Part shown: positions 19,530 through 29,081 of the stretch, in pieces
Numbering within the stretch: the first letter of the stretch is position 1
Layout: each line of letters begins with the position of its first letter
Virus record (IMG/VR): IMGVR_UViG_3300032006_002122
Span: 1 to 63,293 of that record
Origin: a virus
Taxonomy: Duplodnaviria > Caudoviricetes
Strand: one strand, 5' to 3'
DNA: 63,293 bases
Position numbers and translations under genes: made by a program
Notes under the pieces: model-generated
Seen by the model: only the letters and a program-made list of their open reading frames with translations
What the model was told of the DNA's origin: nothing
Databases searched by the model: none

Positions 19530-20324
19530 TTACCGTTTAACCGCTACAGTGGAAGAGGTAGAAGAAGTTACCCAGCCCCACTGAAGAAGAACCTTTAAAA
19601 GTTTGGAATGACATTCTTCCATAGTCAAATTTTCATTATCAATGACGTAATCAAATTCTTTTAGATGTATTTTGTCTAGGGAGGTTTCACTCTCGTGAGA
19701 ATCCGTATGTGGATTCCTAGTTAGCCTAATGACTCTTCCGCCAGCTTTTTTTATGGCGTCAATCTCGTCTGGAAACCTACAGTCTGATATAACGGCTATC
19801 TCTGTTTCTGTTTTATTTATACTTTCAATACATGAGCTAGACCAGACATCGGACTTTATTTTTCTGCAAATATTTGTTCCAAAGTGTTGCATGAACTCTC
19901 TAGAAGTAACTTTGCCCTTGGTTCTCCTTCCAGAGATGGGCATATTTTTCCATAAAATATCAGTATCCGTGTTCTTTTGATCCTCAGTTCCATAGCATTG
20001 CTCGTGAGTAAGTCCAAATAGCTTTTTGCAAATAACTTTCAGAGGATCTGCAAAATTAAACTCTTTTATATATGGCCAAACCATTTCGGATGCGTATACG
20101 CCAAAGTCGTAATCATCTCTATGGATGTCAAATACACCCATGGCTTCTGTTGAGTTTCCCTTTTCGTCAGTAAATACGGCGTTAACAAGAAGTTCGCCAT
20201 TGTCAGTTAAGTCAAAGACCTCTATGACATCATTAATTTTCATTTGGTAGCCGTGTAAAAAATTAACACAGCTACTTTTTCCACTCTGTTTGTGTCCGCA
20301 AAAAGCAAGAATTCTACCCGCCAT
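19530..20324 (-). CDS. Deoxynucleoside monophosphate kinase
   Basis: P-loop GHKQSGKS, FADPLK, REFMQHFGT, DCRFPDE, HESE. Confidence 0.88.
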   Translation of the reverse strand: MAGRILAFCGHKQSGKSSCVNFLHGYQMKINDVIEVFDLTDNGELLVNAVFTDEKGNSTEAMGVFDIHRDDYDFGVYASEMVWPYIKEFNFADPLKVICKKLFGLTHEQCYGTEDQKNTDTDILWKNMPISGRRTKGKVTSREFMQHFGTNICRKIKSDVWSSSCIESINKTETEIAVISDCRFPDEIDAIKKAGGRVIRLTRNPHTDSHESETSLDKIHLKEFDYVIDNENLTMEECHSKLLKVLLQWGWVTSSTSSTVAVKR

Positions 20325-21331
20325 TAAATCATACCTTTTAACTGAGGAATTAGTATTTCTCTTATGCTATCTATAGACATATCGCCAACATCTTTGGTGG
20401 GTATATCTGGAAAATGTAGTTTAAACATTCTTTCGCACTTATTTTTTATTGACTGCTTGGCCTTCTCTCCAGCTTCGTCAGAATCGCTCAAAACAACAAT
20501 GTTCAATGCTCCAGAGGATTCAAGTATAAAAAGTTGAGAGTCGCTAAGAGAGCATCCAAACATCCCAACAGAGTTTTTGATTCCAGATTCATAAAGCCTC
20601 CAGACATCACCCTGTCCTTCAACGAGTATTATTGTCTTTAGATCTCTAATATATGATTTAGCAATCCAGTACCCATACAAATAGGAACCTGAATGAAAAC
20701 TTTTTGAATTAATCCATTTAGAATGGGTTTCATTATTAGTAGTCTTTCTGCCAACACATCCAACCATATATGAATACGTGTCGTCGTAAACTGGTACTAC
20801 AACCCTATTCCTCATCTGTTTTCTTTTGTCTTTGCATAGACCCACATCAAATCTGTCTAGCGTTTCTTCCTTATATCCTCTATCGATGTAGTATTTTGCG
20901 GGTATGTCTAGCAATGACCTTACTTGTTTCCTGCTAATACCGCTTTTGGGGATATGTCTAGTTGGTTTTCTTTCCGAATTTCTTCTATCAACAGACTTTT
21001 TAAATTTTTCTTTATGTTTAAATATAGAGCTATCATCAAGCTTCAAAAATTCGTAGGAAAAATCTACCGCGTCTTGAAACGTGGTTCTTTCATCTCTGTG
21101 AAATACCAGAAGACCTCTGACCAGACCAAGGGGGGTTGGGTAGTATTTTCTCTCGCAACCTCTAGTCCAGCATCTCCAGTTGCCATAGAACGGGCCGTCA
21201 TCTATATCTATAGTAAACGCTTGGGGGTTATCTCCCCCATGAATTGGGCAAGATGTGACAATTCTTTCGTCGTGTATTATATACTCCACCCCAAAGAGAT
21301 CTAAAAGATCGGTAACCCTGTCTGCAATCAT
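20324..21331 (-). CDS. dnaG: DNA primase
   Basis: CPIH...C..C zinc finger; TOPRIM LVEGQGD and DSDEAG. Confidence 0.88.
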   Translation of the reverse strand: MIADRVTDLLDLFGVEYIIHDERIVTSCPIHGGDNPQAFTIDIDDGPFYGNWRCWTRGCERKYYPTPLGLVRGLLVFHRDERTTFQDAVDFSYEFLKLDDSSIFKHKEKFKKSVDRRNSERKPTRHIPKSGISRKQVRSLLDIPAKYYIDRGYKEETLDRFDVGLCKDKRKQMRNRVVVPVYDDTYSYMVGCVGRKTTNNETHSKWINSKSFHSGSYLYGYWIAKSYIRDLKTIILVEGQGDVWRLYESGIKNSVGMFGCSLSDSQLFILESSGALNIVVLSDSDEAGEKAKQSIKNKCERMFKLHFPDIPTKDVGDMSIDSIREILIPQLKGMI

Positions 21332-21366
21332 CTCAGAGAGGATGGACAGCTTTTCTTTTTCTTTAT

Positions 21367-22824
21367 TTAAAATGAGATCTCTCCGGTGGAGCTATCCTCT
21401 TCAACGCTAGCAAAGCCTTGATTTCTTGTTCTGGAAGATACTTTAAGCTCATTTCTAGTTTCGTTTTCAATTATTCTAGCCGTATCTCCAATCATGGCTA
21501 TATTAATATAATCACCATCTTCTAATCCGGGGCCATGTCTGGAAACTATAGGTACAAGTTTTTTATTATTATTTTGGTCGTCTTCCTCTATTTCTTCTAT
21601 GCTCTTATTCTTAAAAATGCTAAAGCTGGTACATAGCCATATTAACCTGTCAGATCCGCTCACCGTGTCGGTGGATTCTTTAGTTATACCGTCTCTGTTT
21701 AGCTGGACAAAGCTTAAGCATGGACAGTCGTATTGAACACAAAAATTGTGAAGTGCTGTTATCTGAAATCCAAGAACTTGAAACTCCTGCATATTATTAG
21801 TAATTTTATCAGGAGTCATGAGTTTTAAATAATCATAAACAATCAGACAATCGTTAACTCTTCCTGTGGAATCGTATCCAACATTTTGTATGATCCACCT
21901 TCTCATTATTGATAAGGTTTCTTCAAAAGCTTTTCCAGCTATACTTATGTAGCTAATGGGTATGTCTTTTATTAGATCCGCTGCCTTTTTAACCTTTTCT
22001 TTGTCGGAAGGTTTTTCTGAAAATTTTCCAGAAGATATATCATTTATGCTTACACCGCTAAAGTTAGCAAGCATTCTGTTTAAATTATCTTCTTTGGACA
22101 TCTCGGTATCTAGCATTAGTACCGGTATGTTTAAGCTATGAGAGGCGTGTATTGCCACATTTTCTGCAAAAACACTCTTACCAACTTTTGGGCGAGCGGC
22201 TATAAGGTCGACACATTTTCTTCTAAAACCACCGCCTATGGCAGCATCATATCTTGGAAAGCCGCTGCTAACACCTATCATTTCGGACGGGTTGTCTTCT
22301 AGGTGTCGGATGTAGTCTTCTACCGATTCGCCTATATTTTTGGGTTTCTCAACGTCGGTCCCAAGATCATTGGTGAGATTGAATATCGGAGCTTCGACTA
22401 TTCCTATTATTTCATCAACTGTTTCTTCCCCGGTGACCGTGTATATGTTTCTCTGTATGTCTTTTATTTTTGATCTTAGGGTTCTTGCTATCTCAAGTTT
22501 TTTAACCTTGATAGCATTGGCTCTTATGTTTCCCGTTTCGGTTTCAGATTTACAAATGGACTTCAGATTGTCCATTGCAAAATCATTTTCTAGAAAGTTA
22601 TGGAAACCTAGTTCGCTTGCTGTGGATATTATTGACGGGAGGTCTACTGTGGAGGTGTCTTTAAGAATATGGGATAGGCATTTGTATATAATCTGGTGGT
22701 CTTCTGATGCGAAACTATCTACCCTGAGAATGTCCCCCACGTCAGTAAACGCAGTTAATCCATGTTGAAATATTCCAGATAAAACAGCTTCTTCTGCCGC
22801 CTCGTTGCTAATTTGTTCAGACAT
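21367..22824 (-). CDS. dnaB: Replicative DNA helicase
   Basis: AEEAVL, Walker A ARPKVGKS, DTEM, DYLKL, QLNR; start refined to MSEQIS. Confidence 0.92.
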   Translation of the reverse strand: MSEQISNEAAEEAVLSGIFQHGLTAFTDVGDILRVDSFASEDHQIIYKCLSHILKDTSTVDLPSIISTASELGFHNFLENDFAMDNLKSICKSETETGNIRANAIKVKKLEIARTLRSKIKDIQRNIYTVTGEETVDEIIGIVEAPIFNLTNDLGTDVEKPKNIGESVEDYIRHLEDNPSEMIGVSSGFPRYDAAIGGGFRRKCVDLIAARPKVGKSVFAENVAIHASHSLNIPVLMLDTEMSKEDNLNRMLANFSGVSINDISSGKFSEKPSDKEKVKKAADLIKDIPISYISIAGKAFEETLSIMRRWIIQNVGYDSTGRVNDCLIVYDYLKLMTPDKITNNMQEFQVLGFQITALHNFCVQYDCPCLSFVQLNRDGITKESTDTVSGSDRLIWLCTSFSIFKNKSIEEIEEDDQNNNKKLVPIVSRHGPGLEDGDYINIAMIGDTARIIENETRNELKVSSRTRNQGFASVEEDSSTGEISF

Positions 22825-22825
22825 T

Positions 22826-23275
22826 CTACTTCCTACAGCAGTCAGAACACCTGTAAAAATCTCTAACCAGATCTTGGTGAACGGACTCGGTTTCTCCACA
22901 TAAGTGGCACTTGATATCTATTAGTTTCTTTGCTGATCTGTTTCTTGGAGACCTTGGGGCGTCTGGAGTTTCTACATTAATATGTTCAGTGCCGTCATCA
23001 TTGAACTTGTTTGATCTAGCTTCCTCTGTGCTTATAGGTTCTGATCTTGCTATTCTTGATCGTCCAGAAGTTGAGTTTTTACCTTTAATAGGGGCTATGA
23101 AATCTTCATTTTCTGAAACCTCTTCGTCTTCTTCCGCTACTGAATGATCTTCTTTGTCATCTTCTTGGTCGGAATTAAAAGACAAGGATTCCCCAGTAAG
23201 CAATTTATAACCATCAGCTACAGTTTTCATATTGTTGTTCATTATTCCATGTTTAATTTTTTCAAGCGGACTCAT
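22826..23275 (-). CDS. Hypothetical protein with C-terminal zinc ribbon
   Basis: CHLC...CSDC. Confidence 0.6.
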   Translation of the reverse strand: MSPLEKIKHGIMNNNMKTVADGYKLLTGESLSFNSDQEDDKEDHSVAEEDEEVSENEDFIAPIKGKNSTSGRSRIARSEPISTEEARSNKFNDDGTEHINVETPDAPRSPRNRSAKKLIDIKCHLCGETESVHQDLVRDFYRCSDCCRK

Positions 23276-23772
23276 CTATTTTGCCTCTTGCTTCTTTGTA
23301 GTTCTACAAGAATATCACCCATTCTTCTTATATCTTTTATTTTGTCTTGAAGTCTATTAACCCTTGCCTGTGCGTGTAGTTTTATGGTGTGTAGCCTTGA
23401 GGCGAAATCATTTCCTCTTAAGGCTTGGTGATATTTCTCCTCCCACTTTGTATATCTATCACCGTACTGCTTCATTTCTGAAGCAAGTATTCTCCAAAGA
23501 GCATCGTTTGACCAATTTAGCTTTTCAAGATTTCTATTATATTCTGTTTGAACATAGCTAGCATACGCAAAAACAGCGTAAGCTTTTTCACCGCATTCCT
23601 CAGAATTCAGTGACCTTAATTCAAAAGGTGTTAGATTTAATATTGTTTCAACGTCCTTGTTGTATTTTACTAAATCTAATCCAGAGTTATTTATATAACT
23701 ATCTGTTGCGTCTATAAACCGCTTAAATTGATCATCAGCGGTTGAGAATTGATTGCTTCCAGTCATCGTCAC
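23272..23772 (-). CDS. Hypothetical helical protein, possibly a UvsY-like recombination mediator
   Basis: Coiled-coil-like character, size and location near recA. Confidence 0.4.
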   Translation of the reverse strand: MTMTGSNQFSTADDQFKRFIDATDSYINNSGLDLVKYNKDVETILNLTPFELRSLNSEECGEKAYAVFAYASYVQTEYNRNLEKLNWSNDALWRILASEMKQYGDRYTKWEEKYHQALRGNDFASRLHTIKLHAQARVNRLQDKIKDIRRMGDILVELQRSKRQNR

Positions 23773-24151
23773 TATCTGAATATTTTAATGATACTATGTC
23801 TATTTTATTTAGATTGCACCATTCGATCTTTTGCCTGTCCCTAGCCCTAGATCGATAGTACCCCTTTTTGTCCTTATGGTAGAATTTTACATACTCATAA
23901 TGCTGTCTACCGTGAACTTCTATAATAAGATCCTGTCTTGGAATAAAGAAGTCTGCATAAAGAATGGATCGTTTTTTAGTCTTGTTGCTTCCCGGCAAGG
24001 CAACCTCTTCAAGAATCCTTTCCCTAGGGAATATTTCTCGTATTATCTTTCTGGCTCTTTTGTGAAGATTTGATTTCGATTTTTCGCCACGTTTTGACTT
24101 GCTGTACAGTGGGAGATTTCTCTCTCTTCCATCAAAACCTACAACTTTCAC
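23735..24151 (-). CDS. DUF559/Vsr-like endonuclease
   Basis: YADFFIP..LIIEVHGRQH...RDRQK. Confidence 0.75.
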   Translation of the reverse strand: MKVVGFDGRERNLPLYSKSKRGEKSKSNLHKRARKIIREIFPRERILEEVALPGSNKTKKRSILYADFFIPRQDLIIEVHGRQHYEYVKFYHKDKKGYYRSRARDRQKIEWCNLNKIDIVSLKYSDSDDDWKQSILNR

Positions 24152-25197
24152 AGCATGGCCTTAAGTTCTTCTTCTAGAAGAGATAAAACAGGTGAGTTTT
24201 CTTCTATGAACGAGTACAATTTTTCTTGACCCTGAAATTTTTGACTTTCCTCCATGCCGTCTGGTAGCAGGTCTTTTCTGCCGAGAAGAAAGTCGCATGA
24301 ATACCAAGCACCGGCTTTTCCAATTAATCCAAGTTCGCAACCCATGTGGATTAATTCTTTAGTTTTATCAACACCTTTTCCATATCTTATCCAGCTTTCC
24401 GCTTCTTTTCCCGGTGGGCCAACTGAAGAACAAAAAACCTTCCATACAACCATTTGCCCAACAGGCTCGTCATCTGCTTCCCAAGACTTAAAATATTTGA
24501 CTTCCATTCTTGTGTCTGCTTGATATTGAATTTTTACACCGCCGTCTGGAAGCTTTGTTTTATACCCCATTCCGCTGGTGTTGCTTATAAAATGGGTTAT
24601 AAGTATAATGATCGCCCTTTGCTTCCTGACAACCCCGGACATTCTTCTGGTAAACGCTGCGAGAATTTTTGGAAGACCGGCTCTAAATTGCCCGCTAAGA
24701 GAGTCTGTAAGTTCTCTTTCCGGTGTCAGGGTTGATGTGGAGTCTACTATAAGAACGCATTTAGGGAATTGTTTGATATACGCCTCTGCAATATCTAAAT
24801 ATTCCTCTGCGCTCATAGGCTCTTCGTTTGACTCGATAATCTTTATATCTTCAATTTTTAAACCATCAATTCCAGAAAGGTTCATGGACTTCAATCTACC
24901 CTCGGCATTCAGGTAGATGACAGGTCTTTCTCCATACTCTTCTTTTTGGCAATTAGAGGCAAACTGTAGTGCGGTGGTGGTCTTTCCACTTTTTGGGTCT
25001 CCCGTAAGCAAGACCCAGCTACCCTCCTGTATACCACCCCCTAGGGCTAAATCTATAGCTGGGCTAACAGGTATTATCTGAAGATTTTTAGTTTCTTCAA
25101 ATACATCCGTTCCACTTCTCACCACCTCCCCATACTTCTTTATAATTCCTTTTGTCGTCGCATCGTCAAACAGAGATTGTGTCTTTTTTTTACCCAT
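24148..25197 (-). CDS. recA: RecA/UvsX recombinase
   Basis: IDLALGGG, GDPKSGKTT, NAE, IVDS, GKAGAWY. Confidence 0.93.
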   Translation of the reverse strand: MGKKKTQSLFDDATTKGIIKKYGEVVRSGTDVFEETKNLQIIPVSPAIDLALGGGIQEGSWVLLTGDPKSGKTTTALQFASNCQKEEYGERPVIYLNAEGRLKSMNLSGIDGLKIEDIKIIESNEEPMSAEEYLDIAEAYIKQFPKCVLIVDSTSTLTPERELTDSLSGQFRAGLPKILAAFTRRMSGVVRKQRAIIILITHFISNTSGMGYKTKLPDGGVKIQYQADTRMEVKYFKSWEADDEPVGQMVVWKVFCSSVGPPGKEAESWIRYGKGVDKTKELIHMGCELGLIGKAGAWYSCDFLLGRKDLLPDGMEESQKFQGQEKLYSFIEENSPVLSLLEEELKAML

Positions 25198-25600
25198 CTA
25201 GATCTCTTAATCCAGAATTATTAAAGTTAAATGGTTTGCGAGGTTGAGACATCTTGTCTTTGTGTTCTATTGTTTTTATATCTCTTTTATCAAACTTGTC
25301 TATTTTTTCCTGCTCAATTTTTATTAAATCGTCTAAACCGTTAAATCTAAGAGAGTATATGCGCTCGCCTTTTTTTGAAAGGAGGGCTGCTATTATAGCT
25401 TCTTCGTTATAAATTTTTAATAATCCGTGAGCAGCTATTATCTGGTGTCTATAAATAGACTTCCATTTTCCCCTGTTCCAAAATTTAAACGGAAGTTCTT
25501 CTTTGTCTTTATCTGCCATTCTGCGACAGATTAATTCGGTTATATATTGCGCTGGACCGCAGCTATTTCCAGTTGATCTAGACTTGTATTTTCCCGGCAT
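25190..25600 (-). CDS. Hypothetical protein
   Basis: Co-oriented ORF; start refined to MPGKYK. Confidence 0.55.
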   Translation of the reverse strand: MPGKYKSRSTGNSCGPAQYITELICRRMADKDKEELPFKFWNRGKWKSIYRHQIIAAHGLLKIYNEEAIIAALLSKKGERIYSLRFNGLDDLIKIEQEKIDKFDKRDIKTIEHKDKMSQPRKPFNFNNSGLRDLDG

Positions 25601-26033
25601 CCGAGAGATCCTGATTGAAAATGAGGCATTCGGTGTAATCATGAGGGTTCCGATTGTCCGAATGGTCAACCTTCAATTCTGGAAGACGCCAAGTTCTGGT
25701 GTGTAGATTTCCGTCTTTTAGGGTTCCGGTGATAAAAGACTGTGTGGTTTCTTCACTGAACATAAAGGCACTGGCTCCCTTGCAGAAGAAATACGCCTCG
25801 GCATCAGTGTCTGTGACATCTTCTATATTGGACCTATTCTTTATTTTCATGCCAACTATACTAACACTGTTTTTTTCGCAATAACTCTTGAGTCTCAACC
25901 AAGCGCTGCTTGGTTCAATTTCATCACGACCGTCATCCTGATATATAGTTTCCCCGTTAGAAAGTTCTGCTATCCATATGGGGTTTTGATCAGCGTATTG
26001 GTTTATAAACGAATCAAATTCCTTTGTAAGCAC
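25578..26033 (-). CDS. Hypothetical protein
   Basis: Co-oriented 151-aa ORF. Confidence 0.6.
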   Translation of the reverse strand: MLTKEFDSFINQYADQNPIWIAELSNGETIYQDDGRDEIEPSSAWLRLKSYCEKNSVSIVGMKIKNRSNIEDVTDTDAEAYFFCKGASAFMFSEETTQSFITGTLKDGNLHTRTWRLPELKVDHSDNRNPHDYTECLIFNQDLSDAGKIQV

Positions 26034-26034
26034 G

Positions 26035-26382
26035 TTACTTCTCGCTTTCCTGTTTTATCCTGTGGATGGCACTTGAAAATTTAGAACTCTTTTTTCTTGT
26101 TTGGTCAGAAAGCTCAGAAGCTGCTGGTGTCATCGTTGTGACGCCTCGGCCCTCTTTTCTAGCCATGAGATTTCCAACTGTTTCTTTGGATTCCTCTTTT
26201 TTGGTTCCAGTCACATGGGGTTTTCTATTGTGCTGAATGGCTGTGAGGTGTTTTTCAACGGCGGGGACAGACCTGTCTAAGTCTTTTGAAAGCTCATCCA
26301 CGCTCTTGTCCGTGTTGTTTTCTATGTAAAAGATCTCCACCTTACTCAGTGGGCCTCTTTTACCTTTGGTGGCTTTGGGCAT
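26035..26382 (-). CDS. Hypothetical protein, possible HTH
   Basis: SVDELSKDLDRSVPAVEKH resembles a helix-turn-helix. Confidence 0.5.
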   Translation of the reverse strand: MPKATKGKRGPLSKVEIFYIENNTDKSVDELSKDLDRSVPAVEKHLTAIQHNRKPHVTGTKKEESKETVGNLMARKEGRGVTTMTPAASELSDQTRKKSSKFSSAIHRIKQESEK

Positions 26383-26383
26383 T

Positions 26384-26683
26384 TTAATTTCTCTCGACTT
26401 TTCTCAGGTAAGATTTATTTCTTGTTTTTAGATACTCAATATAAAAGTTAAATATTTTTTCAGGAACCCTTTTGTAGGAAGGGTTAAGGCTTCTTGCTCT
26501 ATCCTGATAGATACCCCAAGGATCAAAAACTCTTCCACGAGCATATTTTATATAGTAAGTGTCTATCCCGTTTTCCCTATCAATTTTTTTAGCAAAAGAT
26601 GAAGTGCTGTCTACAGTTTTGGTTTTACCCCCTGCTGTATAATAAACTTCTTCTCTTGACTGGGGGTTTTCAAAATTATTCAT
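26384..26683 (-). CDS. Hypothetical protein
   Basis: Co-oriented, tightly packed ORF. Confidence 0.55.
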   Translation of the reverse strand: MNNFENPQSREEVYYTAGGKTKTVDSTSSFAKKIDRENGIDTYYIKYARGRVFDPWGIYQDRARSLNPSYKRVPEKIFNFYIEYLKTRNKSYLRKVERN

Positions 26684-26969
26684 CTTTTTGAGCCTCTAGG
26701 CACGCATGAACTGTTGTTATACCATCTTTTTCTAAAATTTGTGTTATCCTGCTATTTTCAGTGCATCCTATATATATTTTTCCAGAGACCTCTTTTATAA
26801 AGCTAGCATTATCGCAATCATCACAAAACAATTTTATCTTTGTGATAAAGTCAGATTCTTTAACCTTCCATACGTCAATCAGTTCGTTGCCACAAAAATC
26901 ACACTCAAATTCTACATGCCCATTGTCCGAATAACCCTTGGGTTCACGCGGCTCGGGTTCGTTAAACAT
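26676..26969 (-). CDS. Zinc-ribbon hypothetical protein
   Basis: CDFC...CDDC. Confidence 0.55.
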   Translation of the reverse strand: MFNEPEPREPKGYSDNGHVEFECDFCGNELIDVWKVKESDFITKIKLFCDDCDNASFIKEVSGKIYIGCTENSRITQILEKDGITTVHACLEAQKDE

Positions 26970-27385
26970 TATTTCTTGCCTTTCATTATGTAATTAGCCT
27001 TCTGCTTTTGTGTCATGTTAGAGATGTCTTTATTAGTCGCATCTCTTTTTGAATTATACCAAGGTTCTCCACCTGTGTTTTCTGGAAGGCTCATTCCTTG
27101 CGGCAACTTTGACTTAAGAGCTTCCTTTCTGCTCTTTTTTCCGCTCTCCTTGTGAAGAGTTCTCTTCTCTTGCAGGAGAGTCTTTCCCATTTTCTTGTTG
27201 TTTTGATCTGCCAGTTGCCCAACAGTAGCCGGGTCTCCTTTTACAAAAACCATGGGAGGGAAAAGAACCCTCTTCAGCTTCATTTTTTTGCATTCTTTGC
27301 ACTTCTTTTTCGGACGGTCTTTTATTCTTTGAACGATTTCAAAAGAAAAATCGCAATTCGAGCACTTATACGTATAAGATGGCAT
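26969..27385 (-). CDS. FmdB-family zinc ribbon protein
   Basis: MPSYTYKCSNC...FE..Q...CKEC. Confidence 0.8.
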   Translation of the reverse strand: MPSYTYKCSNCDFSFEIVQRIKDRPKKKCKECKKMKLKRVLFPPMVFVKGDPATVGQLADQNNKKMGKTLLQEKRTLHKESGKKSRKEALKSKLPQGMSLPENTGGEPWYNSKRDATNKDISNMTQKQKANYIMKGKK

Positions 27386-27617
27386 TGTCTTCCCCATCTA
27401 CAGGGTTCAAAAGACGGGGGCAATCACTAATGGTTCCTATTTGGTCTATTCTGGATATTAGAAGTTTTAAATTGTCAACAAGCAAAAATGGGCCAGTTGC
27501 GTCGTTTCCTATTTTTTTAACCTCGCCCTTTATTTTTCTTACGGACCCATTCGTTTTTTTGTACCTGACAAGAACGTCACTACCAACACGTATGGCTGGT
27601 GTCATGCTTTTCTTCAT
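27366..27617 (-). CDS. Hypothetical small protein (SH3/KOW-like)
   Basis: IRVGSDVLVRY...IKGEVKKI beta pattern. Confidence 0.45.
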   Translation of the reverse strand: MKKSMTPAIRVGSDVLVRYKKTNGSVRKIKGEVKKIGNDATGPFLLVDNLKLLISRIDQIGTISDCPRLLNPVDGEDNAILYV

Positions 27618-27958
27618 TATAAAAATCCTACTATCCAGCTTTCATTTATATAACATAAAAGAATAAATTGAAAAAAACACAGAGCAATCATAGAAATCCA
27701 AGCCCAATTTTCTTTATATTTATAAAGCAAAGAAAGAAATCCGAGAGTCAGAACGGTTCCAAAAAATTTCACAGACATAAAAAGGGCAACGCTGCCACCG
27801 TCTTCGATAATAAGGTATCTTCCTATTGGGTTCTGTTCATTTTCCAATAGTATATTTTGATTTTTTATTGCTAGATACATGTCGTAGGACGATACATATC
27901 CCACGAACATCCATAACAATGAATATACATATATTGTATGAAAGTCTTTAAGATTCAT
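27617..27958 (-). CDS. Membrane protein (DUF5658-like)
   Basis: Three hydrophobic segments; D...EQNPIG...K motif. Confidence 0.6.
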   Translation of the reverse strand: MNLKDFHTIYVYSLLWMFVGYVSSYDMYLAIKNQNILLENEQNPIGRYLIIEDGGSVALFMSVKFFGTVLTLGFLSLLYKYKENWAWISMIALCFFQFILLCYINESWIVGFL

Positions 27959-28610
27959 TTTTTGGAGGGTCTAGTCTTCTTAGTATTCTTGCTAAAACTT
28001 TGCTCCTTACTATATCGCAATAATCAAGTTTGCAAATACCAACACCCTGAGTGTCTGAAAGGCGATCAAAGCAGTGGTTAAGACCGCCGCTTAAGCTTTG
28101 GGGTAGATCGGTTTGGTCTAGATCCCCATTAATAACAGCCTTCGAGCCTTTTCCAAGTCTTGTTATAAACATTTTGATTTGGTCGAATGTTGCGTTTTGA
28201 GCCTCGTCTAATATCATGAATGACCAGTGAAAGTTTCTGCCTCTCATGTATTCCAGAGGTACAATTTCTATAATATCAGAAGACATCATGCTTCTAACTT
28301 TTTGATCGTCTAGGTAATAGTTCATCTCGTCTAGTATGGGTACTAGGTAGGGATGTATTTTTTCTTTAAAATTACCCGGAAGATATCCAAGACCCCTAGA
28401 GCTTGACTCCACTGTGGGTCTTGTTATTACTATTTTTGAAACCTTTTTACTAACTAGATACTCGCAAGCTAGACCGACTGCAACGCTAGTTTTACCAGTA
28501 CCGGCAGGTCCAGAGCAAAACGTTACATTGTTTTCTGATATAGCTCTTATGTATTCTGCTTGATTTTCGGTTCTCGGTTTGAGTTCTCTCTTATTGTTGT
28601 TTTTTTTCAT
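27948..28610 (-). CDS. phoH: PhoH-like ATPase
   Basis: GPAGTGKT, LGYLPG, YMRGRNF, LDEAQN, GDLDQTD. Confidence 0.95.
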   Translation of the reverse strand: MKKNNNKRELKPRTENQAEYIRAISENNVTFCSGPAGTGKTSVAVGLACEYLVSKKVSKIVITRPTVESSSRGLGYLPGNFKEKIHPYLVPILDEMNYYLDDQKVRSMMSSDIIEIVPLEYMRGRNFHWSFMILDEAQNATFDQIKMFITRLGKGSKAVINGDLDQTDLPQSLSGGLNHCFDRLSDTQGVGICKLDYCDIVRSKVLARILRRLDPPKNES

Positions 28611-28618
28611 CTAAATAA

Positions 28619-29080
28619 TTATCTACCACTAGAGCCAAAGCCATTGTTACCACGGTCGCCTTCCTCTAGATTCTTCACTTCTCTTATTTCAAATACTGGG
28701 GCTTGTTGTATTATTATTTGAGCTATCCTATCCCCGGTTTCAATTACGTAGTTATTTTTTGCCTCTTCTGGATTTGAGTTGTGTAAACAAACTTTTACTT
28801 CCCCTCTGTATCCAGAGTCAATTACCCCTGCATATCTATGGATGCCCTTTACCCCCATAGAAGATCTATCCCAGATTAAACCAACGTAGCCTCTTGGTAT
28901 TGCTATTTTTATCCCTGTTCCAACAAGCTTAGTTTCCCCCGGTTTTATTAAAACAAAACTGTTGTTAAGATCTGCATATAGATCATATCCAGCATCTGTT
29001 GCATGCGCTCTTGTTGGAATGATGGCAGAATCCGTAATTCTGCTAACCTGAACACTTCCTATTTCAGCACAAATCGCCAT
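28619..29080 (-). CDS. dut: dUTPase (trimeric)
   Basis: AGYDL, RSSMG, GVIDSGYRGE, RIAQ, RGNNGFGSSG. Confidence 0.96.
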   Translation of the reverse strand: MAICAEIGSVQVSRITDSAIIPTRAHATDAGYDLYADLNNSFVLIKPGETKLVGTGIKIAIPRGYVGLIWDRSSMGVKGIHRYAGVIDSGYRGEVKVCLHNSNPEEAKNNYVIETGDRIAQIIIQQAPVFEIREVKNLEEGDRGNNGFGSSGR

Positions 29081-29081
29081 A

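Noticed and set aside
21332-21370. Programmed frameshift fusing DnaB to primase
   Set aside because: The TTTAAAT heptamer is not in the helicase reading frame needed for a -1 slip, and the primase has its own ATG
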